A DNA stretch of 64,000 nt from the human T2T-CHM13v2.0 reference genome, Homo sapiens, in assembly GCF_009914755.1 (NCBI RefSeq), contig NC_060931.1; one strand, written 5' to 3'. The translations under genes were made by a program, and so were the position numbers. Shown here in pieces: positions 28,501 through 45,541 of the stretch (within the stretch, counting starts at the first letter, position 1; the number at the start of each line of letters is the position of its first letter). The notes beneath the pieces were generated by a model. It was given only the letters and a program-made list of their open reading frames with translations. It was not told where the DNA came from and searched no databases.

Positions 28501-31500
28501 AGATGTCTTTTATTTATTTCTCTTGCCTGATTGCTCTGGCCAGAAATTCCAATACTATGTTGAACAGGATTGGTGAGAGGGGGCATCCTTGTCTTGTGCT
28601 GGTTTTCAAAGAGAATGCTTCCAGCTTTTGCCCATTCAGTATGATGTGGGCTGTGGGTTTGCCATAGATGGCTCTTATTGTTTTGAAGCATGTTCCGTCT
28701 ATGCCTAGTTTATTGAGAATTTTTAATGTGAATAGATGTTGAATTTTATCAAAAGCCTTTTCTGCACCTATTGAGATAATCATGTAGTTTTTGTTTTTAG
28801 TTCTGTTTATGTGGTGAATCACATTTATTGATTTGCCTATGTTGAACCAATTTTGCATCCCGGAGATAAAGCCTACTTGATTACGGTGGATTGGCTTTTT
28901 GATGTCCTGCTGGATCCAGTTTGCTACTATTTTGTGGAGGATTTTTGCATCTATGTTCATCAAAGATATTGGCCTGAAGTTTTCTTTTTTCGTTGTCTCT
29001 GCCAGGGTTCGGTATCACAATGATGCTGGCTGGCCTCATAGAATGAGTTGGGAAGGAGTCCCTCCTCCTCAATTTTCTGAAAGAGTCTCAGCTCTTCTTT
29101 ATACATCTAGTAGAATTTGGCTGTGAATCCATCTGTCCTGGACTTCTTTTGGTTGGTAGGCTTTTTATTACTGATTCAGTTTCATTATTGGTCTGTTCAG
29201 GGATTCAATTTCTTCCTGGTTCAGTCTTGGGAGGTTGTATGTGTCCAGAAACTTATCCTTTTCTTCTAGATTTTCTAGTTTGTGTGCATAGAGGTGTACA
29301 TAGTAATCTCTGATGAATTTTTGTATTTCTGTAGGGTCAGTGGTAACATCCCCTTTGTCATTTCTAATTGTGTTTATTTGGATCTTCTCTCTTTTTTTTA
29401 TTAGTCTAGCTAGCAGTCTATCTTATTTTTTTTTTCCAATAACCAACTCCTGGATTTATTGATTTTTTGTATGGTTTTTCACATCTCAATCTCCTTCAGT
29501 TCAGCTCTGATTTTGGTTATTTCTGGTCGTCTGCTAGCTTTGTGGTTGGTACACTCTTGCTTCTCTATTTCTTCTAGTTGTGATGTTAGGTTGTTGATTT
29601 GAGATCTTCCTAACTTTTTGATGTGGGTGTTTAGTGCTATAAACTTCCCTCTTAACACTGCTTTAGCTACATCCCAGAGATTCTTCATGTTGTATCTTTG
29701 TTCTCATTAGTTTCAAAGAACTTTCTGGTTTCTCCCTTAATTTCATTATTTACTCAAAAGTCATTCAGGAGCAGGTTGTATAATTTCCATGTATGGTTTT
29801 GAGTGATTTTTAGTTTTGATTTCTATTTTTATTACACTGTGGTCTGAGAGTGTGGTTGGTATGATTTGGGGCTTTTTTTTGCATTTGCTGAGGATTGTTT
29901 TATGTCCAATTGAGTGGTTAACTTTAGAGTATGTGCAATGTGTTGATGAGAAGAATGAATATTCTGGCATTTTGGGGTGGAGAGTTCTGTAGATGTACAA
30001 TAGGTCCATTTGGTCAAGTGCTGAGTTCATGTTCTGAATATCTTTGTTAATTTTCTGCCTCAATGATCCCTCTAATACTGTCAGTGGGGTGTTGAAGTCT
30101 CCCAGAATTATTATGTGGGAAGTTAAGTCTCTTCATAGGTCTCTAAGAACTTGCTTTATGAATCTGCTCCTATGTTGGGTCCGTGTATATTTAGGATAGT
30201 TAGGTCTTCTTGTTGAATAGAGTCCTTTACCGTTATGTAATGGCCTTCTTTATCTTTTTTTTTTAATCTTTTTTAGTTTAAAATCTGTTTTGTCTGAAAT
30301 TCAGATAGCAACCCCTGCTTTTTTCTGTTTTTCATTTGCTTGGTAGATTTTTCTCCAACCCTTTATTTTGAGCCAATGGATGTCATTGTATGTGAGATGG
30401 TTCTCTCAAAGACAGCATACCATTGGGTCTTGCTTCTTCATCCAGCTTGCCACTCTGTGCCTTTTAATTGAAGCATTTAGCCCACTTACATTCAAGGTTA
30501 GTATTGATATGTGTGGATTTGATCCTATCATCATGTTGTTAGCTGATTTTTTATGGAGACTTGTTTGTATAGTTGTTTATAGTGTCACTGGTCTGTGTAC
30601 TTAAGTGTGTTCTTGTAGTGGTGGTAACAGTCTTTCCTTTCCATATTTAGTGCTCCTTTCAGGACCTTTTGTAAGGCAGGTCTGCTGTTAGCCTGATGAA
30701 ATTTCCTTTGTAGGTAATCTGCCCCTTCTTGTTAGCTGTCTTTAATATTTTTTCTTTCATTTTGACCTTGGAGAATCTGATAATTATGTGTCTTAGGAAT
30801 GGTCTTCTTGTGTAATATCTTGCAGGAGTTCTCTGCATTTCCTGAGTTTGAATGTTGGCCTCTCTAGTGAAGTTGGGGAAGTTTTCATGGATAATACACT
30901 AAAATATATTTTCCAAATTGCTTGCTTTATCCCCATCCCTTTCAGGGATGCCAATGAGTTGTAGATTTACATAATCCCATATTTCTTAGAGGTTTTATTC
31001 ATTATTTTTTATTCTTTTTTCTTGTCCGACTATTTCAGAGGGTTCTGAGATTCTTTCCTCAGTTTGATCTATTTTGCTGCTAATACTTGTGATTACAGTA
31101 CGCAATTCTTGTAGACTATTTTTCAGCTCTATTAGATCTGTTAGGTTCTTTTTATAGTGGCTATTTTGCTTATAAGCTCCTGTATCATTTTATTGTAATT
31201 CTTAGCTTCCTTGGATTGAATTTTGATGTTCTCCTGGATCTCAATGGACTTAATTTCTATCCATATTCTGAATTCTATTTCTGTCATTTCAGCCATTTCA
31301 GTCCAGTTAAGAACTCTTACTGGGAAACAAGTTTAGTCATTTGGAGGAAAGAAGACACTGTGGCTTTTTGAATTGCCAGAGTTCTTGCTCTGGTTGTTTC
31401 TCATCTGTGTGAGCTGGTGGCCTTTAACTGTGGTATAAATCGAATACAGTCAGTAGACTTATTTCCTGGATGTTTTCAGAGGATCGAAAATTTGTGTAGA

Positions 31501-32124
31501 GTCTTTATTTGAAGCTGAATTATTGTCCTTGGTTTCACAGAGGGGTATATTAGCAAAGCATTTTTGGTGTTGAAGTTTGGGGCTGTGATTCAGTAGGTGG
31601 CACTTAAACATAATGGAAGTAGGTAGGCTTTTGCTCAGTCACGTGGCTCCTCTGTATTTTCTCCTAATTGCAGCCATCTACCTTTCAGTGCTCTGAAAGT
31701 GTAGGTTTCTCTCCCACTTGATTGCTGGCTACAGATCTCAGCTTGGCACCCACAGGTTGCACATTGCAGCTCCCGGGCGATCTTGGGCTTTATGTTCCCT
31801 CCCCAGCTTGAAGGCAACAGGGGAAGGAACTTTAGCAGTGGTTGTGGCAGAGGGGCTTTCACTTGTCTCTTGGGGTTTCACCCCAGAAAGATGCAGACCA
31901 GCTATCAGTCACTATGATCAGCCCAGAATGGGCTGGCTGTGCTGTGGACCCAAGCCGGTAAGACCCTGCCTGGTAATAAGCAGCAGGGTGGATGACACCT
32001 GGGGGAGACAAACTGGCCTCTCCTTAGGGCAACTGCAGCTTGCTGGAGGTGTGGCTAAAGCACTCAGGGTTTTTGCTCCTTCCCTGGTCAGCAGGCAGCA
32101 AGGGCAGTACCACTGCAGTGACAG
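25520..32124 (-). mobile_element. Near-full-length old L1PA (L1PA13-16-like) with disrupted ORF1/ORF2 and partial 5'UTR
   Basis: (TTTA)n tail; - strand ORF2 fragments in the ORF track (e.g. 28514..28963 RT-like, 29761..30063 EN-like); TSD cacccacatttta (25512-25524)/cacccacacttta (32125-32137). Confidence 0.93.
26690..27607 (-). mobile_element. 5'-truncated younger L1PA (L1PA7/8-like) nested in the older L1
   Basis: A second L1 3' end 'ttattatactttaagttctgggatac'; TSD cttctaggg(g)ttttt on both sides; the host L1 resumes collinearly after 27606. Confidence 0.92.
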
Positions 32125-32184
32125 CACCCACACTTTAAATGTTAGTGTTTCCCAAGGCTCAAGTAGTTATTAAAATTCTATATC

Positions 32185-33190
<1,006 letters not shown>

Positions 33191-33539
33191 ACATTAAAGA
33201 TAAATACATACAGCCACTCATTAAACGTGCATTATAAAGAAGTTGCGGTTCCAAATTATCATTTTAGAAGTAGCCACAGAAGATAAGTCATACATAGTTA
33301 CTTTTTAGTATTTCCAATTCAAAAAGTGATGAAGAATAGAAATCATATATTCTGGAACCCCTACTTAATAATTTATGTTAAATCTCAAACACTTTGAAAT
33401 CTGGTGTTTAAGAACTGATAGTCATCACCTCCTCTCTTCTCTGTTTGCCACTTAGAAAATGACCAGTTAACAACATTCTTTATTTCACATGTATCTTATA
33501 ATTAGTTGGTTTAAAAAAAAAAAAAAAGCCAGTAATCTG

Positions 33540-33864
33540 TTTTTTTGTTTTCTTTCTTGAGACAGATTCTCACTCTACCACTCTATTGCCCAGGCTGGAG
33601 TACAGTGGCATGATCTCAGCCCTGCAACCTCTGCCTCCCGGGTTTAAGCAATTCTCCTGCCTCAGCCTCGCAAGCAGCTAGGTGGGGCTACAGGTATGCG
33701 CCACCATGCCCAGCTTATTTCTGGTTTTTTTTTTTTTTTTTTTAAGTAGAGTTGGGGTTTCTCCATGGTGACCAGGCTGGTCTCAAACTCCTGACCTTAG
33801 GTGATCTGCCCACCTAGACTTCCCAAAGTCCTGGGATTACAGGCGTAAGCCACCACACCCAGCT
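33540..33864 (-). mobile_element. AluS-type element
   Basis: TSD cag(t/a)aatctgttt. Confidence 0.94.
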
Positions 33865-35119
33865 CAGAAATCTGTTTATTATGACAGTTCCAGGTTATTT
33901 TGGAATTCCTGGACCAAATACACAAATCCATTCTTTTAATAGTCCTTGGAAATACGGAGCATCTGATTAGATGCCAAAAGGAAGGGAGATGCTTGGTATC
34001 CTTTTGGTGGGTCTTGAAAACACTGGGAACACTAATAACTGCTAGAACTGTTAAATAGCAGAGTCACCACTAATGGTGAAAATGCACTATTAATATAAGC
34101 CTCTTTTTTGCAGGGAGTGGAGAGTCTTTTATTCCCTAAAAATATCTGAAAGACGAAAGCAGGATATGCATCTCAACTGTAGCATAAGGCCTCTTCTGGC
34201 CCAAACAATCTTCCCTACCTCTTAAGATCTGTTCTTCCTACCATTAAAATTAGCATATTGTCTTTATAAAATCCCTGCTAAAAAGTACCTAGGAAAGTTT
34301 CTCCCATGCAAAAAATAATTATCATTACTGTGTTGGCCGCTCCGTTTGTCAGATTTTCAAAGTGAGAGCAAAACCCAAAGAGATAGGAGTGGTAAGAAAC
34401 AAGAAGCTAGAGCTAGAAAAGGAAGTCTGAAAAGAGAAGGATAAGACTTGAGGCAAAATTCTGTCTGCTTTTGACTGATGATTCTCGGTTCTCCAAAGAA
34501 ATGCAACCTTTGTTTTGTGCTTACTTACTTCAGTGACAAAGTGAGGACTCCTGAGTTAATGGTCTGCAAAAGCATTGAAGATTAAGAGCAATAGACAGAA
34601 TTCCTAGCTTGGGGTGGGCTTCACTTACAGAGCCTTCCATGAGACCTGGCTAAATGAAACCACTCTACATTTTCATTCTTAATGAAAGTGTGAGAAAGTC
34701 TGAGAAAACCAAGAACTCTTCCTAAAATGTCAGAACTAGGAGGAAAATCCACAGTACCTTTTACAAAATGAAAGTTTAAGTAAATGATTGTACTTGATAA
34801 CAATATTAGAATCCATCCTGCTTCTGGCAAAGAGAACTTTGCCTACTGTAACAAGTTTGGCTGGTCTGCTTTTTAATTTCTCCATTTCCTGCTTCCTACA
34901 CTGCCACTTGTTTCTACCTCAAAGGTGATCAGTCTTCAGTGGCCTGTTCTATGTACCTACCATTTTGAACTTGTAATATCTCCCATTGATTTCATGCTGT
35001 TCTTTCTGGAATCTGTTGGCTGTGGGGGTCTGTTCTGCTATGGTATAGTATGTGCAGGCAGTTCTGTGTTTGTCTTGTTTCTTGCTTTGTCACAAGACAA
35101 GTATTTCATTACTGTGGTG

Positions 35120-35426
35120 TTTTTTGTTTTTTTGCTTTGAGACGGAGTTTTGCTCTTGTCGCCCAGGCTGGAGTGCAATGGCACACCCTCGGCTCACTGC
35201 AACCTCCGCCTCACTGCAAGCTTTGCCTCATGGGTTCAAACAATTCTCCTGCCTCAGCCTCCCAAGTAGCTGGGATTACAGGACCCAGCTAATTTTTGTA
35301 TTTTTTTAGTAGAGATGGGGTTTCATCACGTTGGCCAGGTCGGTCTCGAATTCCTGACCTCAGGTTATTTGCCACCTCCGCCTCCCAAAGTGCTGGGATT
35401 ACAAGCGTGAGCCACCACGCCCAGCC
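35120..35426 (-). mobile_element. AluS-type element with a small internal duplication and a deletion
   Basis: TSD tactgtgg; duplicated 'cactgcaa...gcctc'. Confidence 0.93.
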
Positions 35427-35758
35427 TACTGTGGATTTTTATAGGTCATTAACTCATGCATTTGAGACTGGGGCAGGAAATAAATAAGATAGTCCTTTTG
35501 GAAATACACAGTAATTGGGCAAATCCCTACAGAAAGAAAGATGCTTGATGTTATTTTGGTAAGTCCTGAAAATACCCACCAAACAAGATGATCCTGGAGC
35601 ATTTTCCAGTGCTAGAAAAGTAAGAAAATCCTAAAATAAAGATACATGTATATACATTGTGTAAAGATACACAATGATGGGGACATAAAACCTAACTGAA
35701 AGAGTGCCCAGTAGCCAAAGCTGGTACAATTTGAGCAACAATATAAAGAAATATCATA

Positions 35759-36063
<305 letters not shown>

Positions 36064-36652
36064 TTATAACCTAAAGTATAAAATAAATATTCATAAATCA
36101 GTAGTAATATAAATGATTGAATAAATAAATGGAGGAGAAGGGAAAAGTCTCCCATGCAGAATTCCAGATAATTTACATAGCCTCTCCTCCCTCAAAAAGT
36201 CAAGCATAATCCCCCATTCCCTAAGTAGGATCTGAGCATAGTGACTTCCTTCCAAAGAGTACAGTCATGGAAAGGGGGAGAGAATGAGAACTTTACGGTA
36301 GAGAAACCTGGCAGACACTACCTCAGCCAGGTGATCAAAGTCAGCATCAACAATGCTAAGTCATGTTGGTCGTAGGCAACCTTAATATGATATGGTGAAA
36401 ACAGCACTTGACCTCTGTGGTCTTCCTGCTGAAAACACACAACCCCAGTCTAATCATGGGGAAAATGTCAGATAAATCCCGAATGAGGGACAGTCTACAA
36501 AATATCTAACCAGTGCTCCCCAAAACTATCAAGGTCATCAAGAGCAATGAAAGTCTGAAAGACTGTTACAGCCAAGGGGACCTAAGGAGACATGAGGACT
36601 AACTATAATGCAGTGTCCTAGATGAGATCTTAGAACAGAAAAAGAACGTGAT

Positions 36653-37919
<1,267 letters not shown>

Positions 37920-38821
37920 ATCGATTTGTCATCTGTAGATGCTTCAGAAGGCCCTAAGTAATGGTAAGGGATCCCCAGTTTATATGCCTATGTTTCTCAC
38001 CCAGGTGTATATAACCCTTGAGTCAGTGGCAACACACCAGCAAATGAGTGAAGTCACATGACAATTTTACTGGAAGATTGGTTCAGCACACGAGGAGAAG
38101 GAGTTAGTGGTTAGGTTTAAAAATACATCATAGAATACAAATTTCAAAGTAAAGTACACTTTCAGGCTCCTGGTTACACTTCTTTTGCCATTGAAAATAC
38201 TCCAGCATAAGAGTTTGAGAAGCACTGCCATGAACAACCCAAGTATTGTTCATAGATTGAACACCTGATACATGGTACATAATGTGAATACAGATATACA
38301 TTCATATATATTACTGTTTTTCAAGGGAACATGGATGCTGCTGTGATTAATGAAACACACTTACATATATCAGAAGAGGAAGGCTCAGTGGAGGCTCAGC
38401 TACTGTCTCAGCCAAAGTCCTTGCCCTGCATCCCCTCACTCCACCCTCAGCATCTTGCCTGGGGTCTCCTGGTTCTGACCTCCAGCTTCTCTGGCACCTG
38501 AGTTCCCCTCTAGCTGGGTGCGAATTAGCCCTTTTCTACCTGTCAGCTCCTGTTGCCCAGCATCTACCTGATGGCCACACTTCCTGCTCCTGCAACTCAG
38601 AATCAAAGATTTCAGCGGCACCTGTCCCTTAACACTCCTCTCAGCCTAGCTCTGGTGTCAGAATGCTTCTGTTTTTAGTGTCTGCTGCCTTTCTTATTTT
38701 TTTCCCCAGAAACTGAAAAGCTGAATCAGTACTCAATTTTCCCAACTTTAACAAGGATTTACTTTGAAAAGTTGTCCAGCATTTTTAGACTACTTCCTTT
38801 GATAGAAGCTCAGACTTATCA

Positions 38822-39370
<549 letters not shown>

Positions 39371-39471
39371 GTAATTATGAAAAAAAAAATGAGAATAAAC
39401 AGTAACGGAGCATCCTTTGTGCGCGCTTCCATGCTAAGCTCAAAAACATAATATTGAAGGAAAGGACTGAA

Positions 39472-39515
39472 ATATATATGCATATATATATACACACATA
39501 TATATAATGTGTGTG

Positions 39516-39554
<39 letters not shown>
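39472..39554. repeat. Compound (TA)n/(CA)n/(TG)n microsatellite
   Basis: Direct reading. Confidence 0.92.
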
Positions 39555-39555
<1 letters not shown>

Positions 39556-39854
39556 CATTATTTTGCTTTTCTTTATATTATTACCCCAAATAAACACTTA
39601 CCTCTTGGGATAAATATTTTGGGACATTTGTCCTATTATTTAGGATAATAATATAAAGAAAAACAAAACAATGATTAACACAAAACTCAGGATAGTAGTT
39701 ACCTGGGGTGAAGGTGCAGGCAGGAAGGGGATGCAATGGGGAAAGGGGGACATAGTGGCTTCAAAGCACTGGCAAGATAAGTCATTAGCTGGATGGATGG
39801 AGGGTGCATGAATGTTTATTCTTCTTTAAACAACGTAAATGCTTTATACACCTA

Positions 39855-40275
39855 TCAGAAGTTGGGATTATAGGAAACAGCCTCTGAGATGGAGATTATT
39901 ATATAAGAGATTTATCTGGGTGTGTTCTTGGAATCAACAACCGTGGGAGGAAATTGAAGGAAGCAGAATCCAGTAGGGGAAGAATTTGATCGGCAAAGCA
40001 GTCTCAGTGGAGGTCTTGGTCAACCACATAGAGAGTTTTGAACCTCGGATGGCCCTTCGGAGTTTTCCTGATTTGGTGGTGGGAGACAGCTCTTTATACA
40101 CCATGTTAGTCAGTCACTGCATGCAGCCCACCTGGGAGACGATCTTGAACTTTGGCAAAGACGCTCTCATCAGCTGAGGCCATCCACACAGGGTGCTGAC
40201 AACTAAAGGCTTTTTGCTGGCAATGTTCCCAGCAGCCGAGACAAAGTCCTTCATTCCTGAAAGGAACTGAGCAGC
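39855..40275 (-). mobile_element. LTR16A-like ERVL solo LTR inserted in an old L1M 3' end
   Basis: - strand begins tgtggtggacactgtg...ttcaggaatgaaggact and has a TATA-like gtataaag; ends near 'agcctctgagatggaga'. Confidence 0.7.
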
Positions 40276-40699
40276 ACCTCACAGTGTCCACCACAACACG
40301 GGTTTATATATTTATATATTTTTCACAATAAAAGTTGTTATTTAAAAAAAGAAAATGGTTAAGGCAAGAAGGCCAAGCTATAAAAGGGTATCCTTTAGGG
40401 ATGGTACAAAATCTCAGACAAAACGAAGTCAAGAGCATAGCTAGAGGAATACTGATGTGGAAGAAAGCTGAGCACAGGGTTGGGAGTGTCTGCCCATGGA
40501 GTTGTACACAGATTTTCTGCTGGTGGAGGTGAAACCAGTGAATCAGATGTGATTCGGTAATATAACCCAGACTATGACTAACAGACATCGTGGAGTCAGC
40601 TTCACTGGGGTGAGTTAGTTTGACAACTCCCAGAAAACTAATGTTGCTAACTGGCCTCTGCTTGGTCCCCACCCAACTGTAAGGAGCATAAGTAGATAG

Positions 40700-41087
<388 letters not shown>

Positions 41088-41189
41088 TGAAAGATACCTT
41101 GAGAATTCTAGTGTTAAAATATACTCAAATCATCATAGGAGGCCACTTCGACTTCTTTCCCATTGCCAACCATCTCATAGGAATAAAAG

Positions 41190-41400
41190 CTACTGTGTAT
41201 TAATTCTTCGCTATGAATCAGGCACTGTCCTAAGTGCTTTACCTGTATTATCTCAATCATTCTTTACAACAGCTAAATGACACAGATACTATCAATATTT
41301 TCTATTGTGTTGATAAGAAACGGGAGGTACAATTGCATGTGCTTCAATTGCTTACTCAATGTCTCCAAGCTAGTAAGTAATAAGACCAGCACTGTTTGTA
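41190..41400 (-). mobile_element. MIR
   Basis: 'caggcactgtcctaagtgctttacctgtattatctca'. Confidence 0.7.
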
Positions 41401-42427
41401 GGCTGGCTGCCCCAGAAGCTATCTTTTGTCTGAACACTTAACTGCCTGCCAGAGATAGGAGAGCATCAAGCTTGGTTTTGACAAGAGCTCTGTGTGTTGC
41501 ACAGTTCTCTGGGCATGGATACAGCTTGACTTACTGGTCAAGTAGGAAGGGCTCAGTGCTGAGATGCAGACGTAGTGTCCAGGCATGGAGGGCATGCCTG
41601 TTGGGAGAATGCTGGTGGGGACAGACAGCAAGGGCTCTGAGGTCTGGAGACAATCTTAACCTGGCTCCAGCTCTGACTCCAAAGCAGCCCCCAGGATCTC
41701 CACTCTAAGCCCCCAAGACAGTTCCACATGGAAATTCACTCCTCATGAGCACAAATATGGGGATCAACTAGAATCATGACCTGAAGTTCTTGTCTGGAGA
41801 TGGATTTTGAGAGTGAGGCGAGCAATACCACTAGACAAGGAAGGATGCTCTGAAGATTTCTTAATTCCTTGGAAGGCAACAGAAGCTAAGTGAAAAATCA
41901 AGAGGAAAAAATGTCTTCTCTGAAGCAGAAAATGTCAACACTAGGATGGGAACTTTTAGGGTTATTCCCACTGAAGATGGGTTAACAGCCAGACCCTGGA
42001 GGCAAACTGGCTAGGTCAATGACCTAACTCCAAAATTGGGTAATGAGTGACCCTAGAAAAGTTACTGAAACTCTCTGTACCTTCGTTAGCATGGACACCC
42101 ACCTCCTAGCACTGCCGCCAAGTATATACAGCAACACCTGTCAAGTGTTTAGAACAGGGCCTTACCTGTTTTAAGTACCTCTGTGTTATTATTATTAGCA
42201 ATCCCTACTTCTTTCTAGGTAGAAGGACATCATTGTTCACCTTGACAATTCCATCCCAGCCTTTCTTTTTTTCCTCCAGGAAGTCAGGGTGTGGTTCGGG
42301 GATCAAAATCATTCAGAGTAGCAGAGTAGTGAGTCATCATTCTGTCTAGAAGGAAGGCAAGTATCTACACTAATAAGCAAGTATACCTGGAAACACATCA
42401 AACTTTATGATTTAAAAAATAGAAGAA

Positions 42428-42620
42428 GTCGGACTTAGTGGTACACACCTGCTACTCGGGAGGCTGAGGTGTGAGGATCACTTGAGCCCAGGAATTCAAA
42501 GTTACCATGAGCTATGATCGTGCTATTGCACTCCAGCCCGGGCAACAAAGCAAGACTTTGACTCTAAAAAGTCAAAATAAATAAATAAATAAATAAAGTA
42601 ATAAAGTAATAAAAATTAAA
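42428..42620 (+). mobile_element. Monomeric Alu (FAM/FRAM-like) with (TAAA)n tail
   Basis: Single monomer; TSD aaaatagaaga. Confidence 0.8.
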
Positions 42621-43229
42621 AATAGAAGACACAATCACACTCTCTGGCCCTCTGATTCCTTATGTATAAAGTGTGGTAGGGGTTGTGGATTCCACTGGGG
42701 GCTCACAAATTGGGTTCTGCAGAGCCCTGGTATTCCCCAAAGGTGTACTGGCCTCCCAGGACGTATGGAGCAGAAGCCATGCAGGCAGGACCCCAGCCCC
42801 CACTTCAGCCAGAGCAGTTCCACTTGCATCTGTTTTCTACATTGTAACTGTAAGAATAAAATATCTGTAGATGGAAATGGAGCAGGCCCCTGACGAAAAA
42901 TGTAATCAAGCTCTTCCTGGAGAAGAGTCTCAAAGCTCCTCTTTTTGTAATTAAGAATGCAGCCATTAAAATATTACACCCTTTTCTTTTATTCATGACA
43001 AATCCGAATGAGCACAATTTGGAAAGCAGCAGGGAGGGGAATGAACAAATTGAATTAATTTCTATGCTGAATATTAATATCGTGCCACAGAAAGGGAGAT
43101 GCTTTGCAAATTTAAGGCAGTTAAGAAAACATTTTTATGCTTCTTAGTAATTTAGACAGCACTGCTTCTGAAAAGTGCTTTTCTCCTGGCAGTTGTGTAT
43201 GTTTGGTCCAGCAGGCAGACTCACTATAG

Positions 43230-43485
43230 TTGACTTCTCTGTTAGGCACGGTGCCTAGGGCCCATGACACTTTTAGGGGCCCACAAAAATGTTGTAACTT
43301 TCATTTCTATTAAAATCCAAATACATGTATATATATATACAATTACATATAATAATGAATTCAGCCTGGATTACACTCCTCTTTGGGCCAGTGTAGTCAT
43401 AAAATACAATTTTTAATATTTTTACGAGGACAGGGTTTATGAAAGCAAAGTGCCCACAGCCCCCCAAAGTCATAAATCTGTCCTG
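43230..43485 (+). mobile_element. Non-autonomous hAT-Tip100-like DNA transposon relic
   Basis: 'ggcacggtgcctagggcccatgacacttttaggggcccac...aaagtgccc...aaagtcataaatctgtcctg'; subfamily not determined. Confidence 0.55.
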
Positions 43486-43649
43486 ATGACTGCAACTCAC
43501 TGCAGTGAAAGGGTCACAACGGGGACCTGCTGTGCAGACCCCAAGCCCAGCTTAGACTCCACCTTAAGTGTCAAGTCCATGCAATGTGTTGTGGACTTAG
43601 CTGTGTCCACAGCCTCCCGTTTTTCCTAATGATCCCTTGCCTATGAATG

Positions 43650-43785
43650 TGATCCCTTTCTATTCAAACTGTGGTGGCACATCAACAGGATGGGCATCAC
43701 CTGGGGACTTGGTAGAAATGCATCATCTCTAGCCCCACCTAAGACCTACTGAATCAAAATCTGCATTATACCACATTCTCTTCCC
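43650..43785 (+). mobile_element. MER5A fragment
   Basis: 'gcatcacctggggacttggtagaaatgca...agacctactgaatcaaaatctgcatt'. Confidence 0.75.
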
Positions 43786-44269
43786 CTATCTAGCCCCAGA
43801 TTGAGGAGATCACATCCCAACCAGGGCCTGCGCACAGGGCTTCAAGGAAATGACCAGCAGCAAAGTGACCGAGGTGCACAGCGAAGCCAGAATCAATGCA
43901 GAAGATTGGGAGACATCTACTTTCAGCTTCCAAGTAACCACCTTACTGGGGGTGAAAGACAGAAACATCTGCTTTCTCCCTATGTCCTAGATAAAGGGGA
44001 GACGGGTGCTAGTTCATAGGTTACATTAAGTTTTCTTCTTAAAGAGGTGTTTGCATTGTTTTGAAATGTTTGAAAACTCTCTAAATTGAATGAATTCATA
44101 AGTTCCTTCCTGCTATAAGTGGCCTATTTCAGCCCTAATCCTCCTGGCCTTGGGAAGTTTAGCAGCACCAATCACTTCTTCTCTCCAGCTTCTAACCGGT
44201 TGGAGAAACGTGCACAAGGAGCCTGAAGATGATAAAAGGACAGTGCCAGCTTTACTACCAGTAAAGCTG

Positions 44270-44717
44270 AATGGGGAAGAAAATAAATTCCCACCCCCTT
44301 GGAAAGGCCTGGTTGCCCTATAGCCATATCAATAAGTGGCACTCAGAACCAGTTTGGAACCTGGTCAAGCCAGCAACAACAATTTGCTTTGGTGAAGAGC
44401 TTTTACAAGTTGTTTACAATCAGCATTAGCTGCTTACTTCTGAAAGCCAGCCAATCACAGACTCACCTCAATAAATACACTATAGTGACAACCAATTACC
44501 AATAGCCTCATCTGTGTACCCACACCTCTGCGGATGATGTTGAAGCTCTTAAGCCTCTGCAACTTCGCCAGTCACTGAACTTCACACTTCCGTGAGACTC
44601 TATATAAATTAGCGGTCTGCTCCAAGAGACTGTACTTCCTTTGCTATGCTTAACAATCCATTCGATTTTGTCTTTTTTATTTTTAGTATGGGATGATAGT
44701 CTCATCATACTTTGATA
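44270..44717 (+). mobile_element. Probable ancient ERV1-type LTR relic with CCAAT/ETS/TATA motifs
   Basis: LTR-like layout: TG start, CCAAT boxes, TATATAAA at 44601, ending in ...ctttgata (compare TGACA). Family not recognised with certainty. Confidence 0.4.
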
Positions 44718-45041
44718 CCCTGAACCTCAGAATCTGCATGAATATAACCTCTCCAACCAAATCCAGGTAGAGAAGTTTAATTGGCTAACTAAACTTCATA
44801 TTTTAACTACATAGAAGAGGCCAAGAGGGCCCTGGCATCCTCTTAGTGATATGAACAGCTGGTAGGGGAAGAGAGAGAATAAGAGGAATCCTGGTTTTCA
44901 CTGTCCAAGGAGTGGGAAGTCCACTGGACTCTCTCTCTCCATCTTACCAGCATGTTAGTTACTTCTCAGGGGAGGGAGGATGAGGAAGAGGAAAGATGAG
45001 GGGATGGAGAGAGGAGGTGGAAATAATATTTCAAAATGGTT

Positions 45042-45403
45042 TACTATGGTGTGAATGTTTGCATTTCCCCAAAATTCATATGTTAAAATCCTAACCCCAA
45101 AGGTATGATATTTAAGAGGTGGGGCCTGTGGGAGGAAAGTACATTATGAGGGTGGAGCCTTCGTGATTGGGATTAATGTCCTTATAGAAGAGACCCCAGA
45201 AAGCTATATAGCCCCTTCCACAGCGTGAAGACACAGCAAGAAGACATCATCTATGAAGCAGAAAGCCCTTGCCAAAACCCAAATCTGCAAGTGTCTTGAT
45301 CCTGGACTTCTTAGCCTCTAGTTGTGTGAGAAACAAACTTCTGTTGTTTATAAGCTACCCAGTTCATGGTACTTTGTTATAGCAGTCCATATGGACAAAG
45401 ATA
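45042..45403 (+). mobile_element. MLT1A/MSTC-like MaLR solo LTR
   Basis: 'tatggtgtgaatgttt...ccaaaattcatatgttaaaatcctaaccc...tttgttatagcag'. Confidence 0.85.
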
Positions 45404-45541
45404 ATATTCCTTCCAGAGATTGGAGCCAAATCTCCTCATAGAAACAGGAGAAAGAGACAATAAGGGCTTCCCGTAAACATTCTTTATCCTAACAGTTTTG
45501 CAAATTGATTGGGGAGAGAAGGTGTAAATACTTAAAGCAAT

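Noticed and set aside
25785-30063. L1 ORF2-like ORFs as an active retrotransposon or domesticated gene
   Set aside because: Fragmented by stops, frameshifts, deletions and a nested insertion; the element is dead.
31400-32124. L1 antisense promoter driving CAPZA2, by analogy with the L1-MET transcript
   Set aside because: The antisense promoter is established for young L1PA 5'UTRs; this is an older, CpG-depleted, 5'-truncated UTR type.
39703-39750. G-quadruplex-forming sequence
   Set aside because: Only three closely spaced G-tracts; the fourth needs a ~19-nt loop; lies in an L1M relic.
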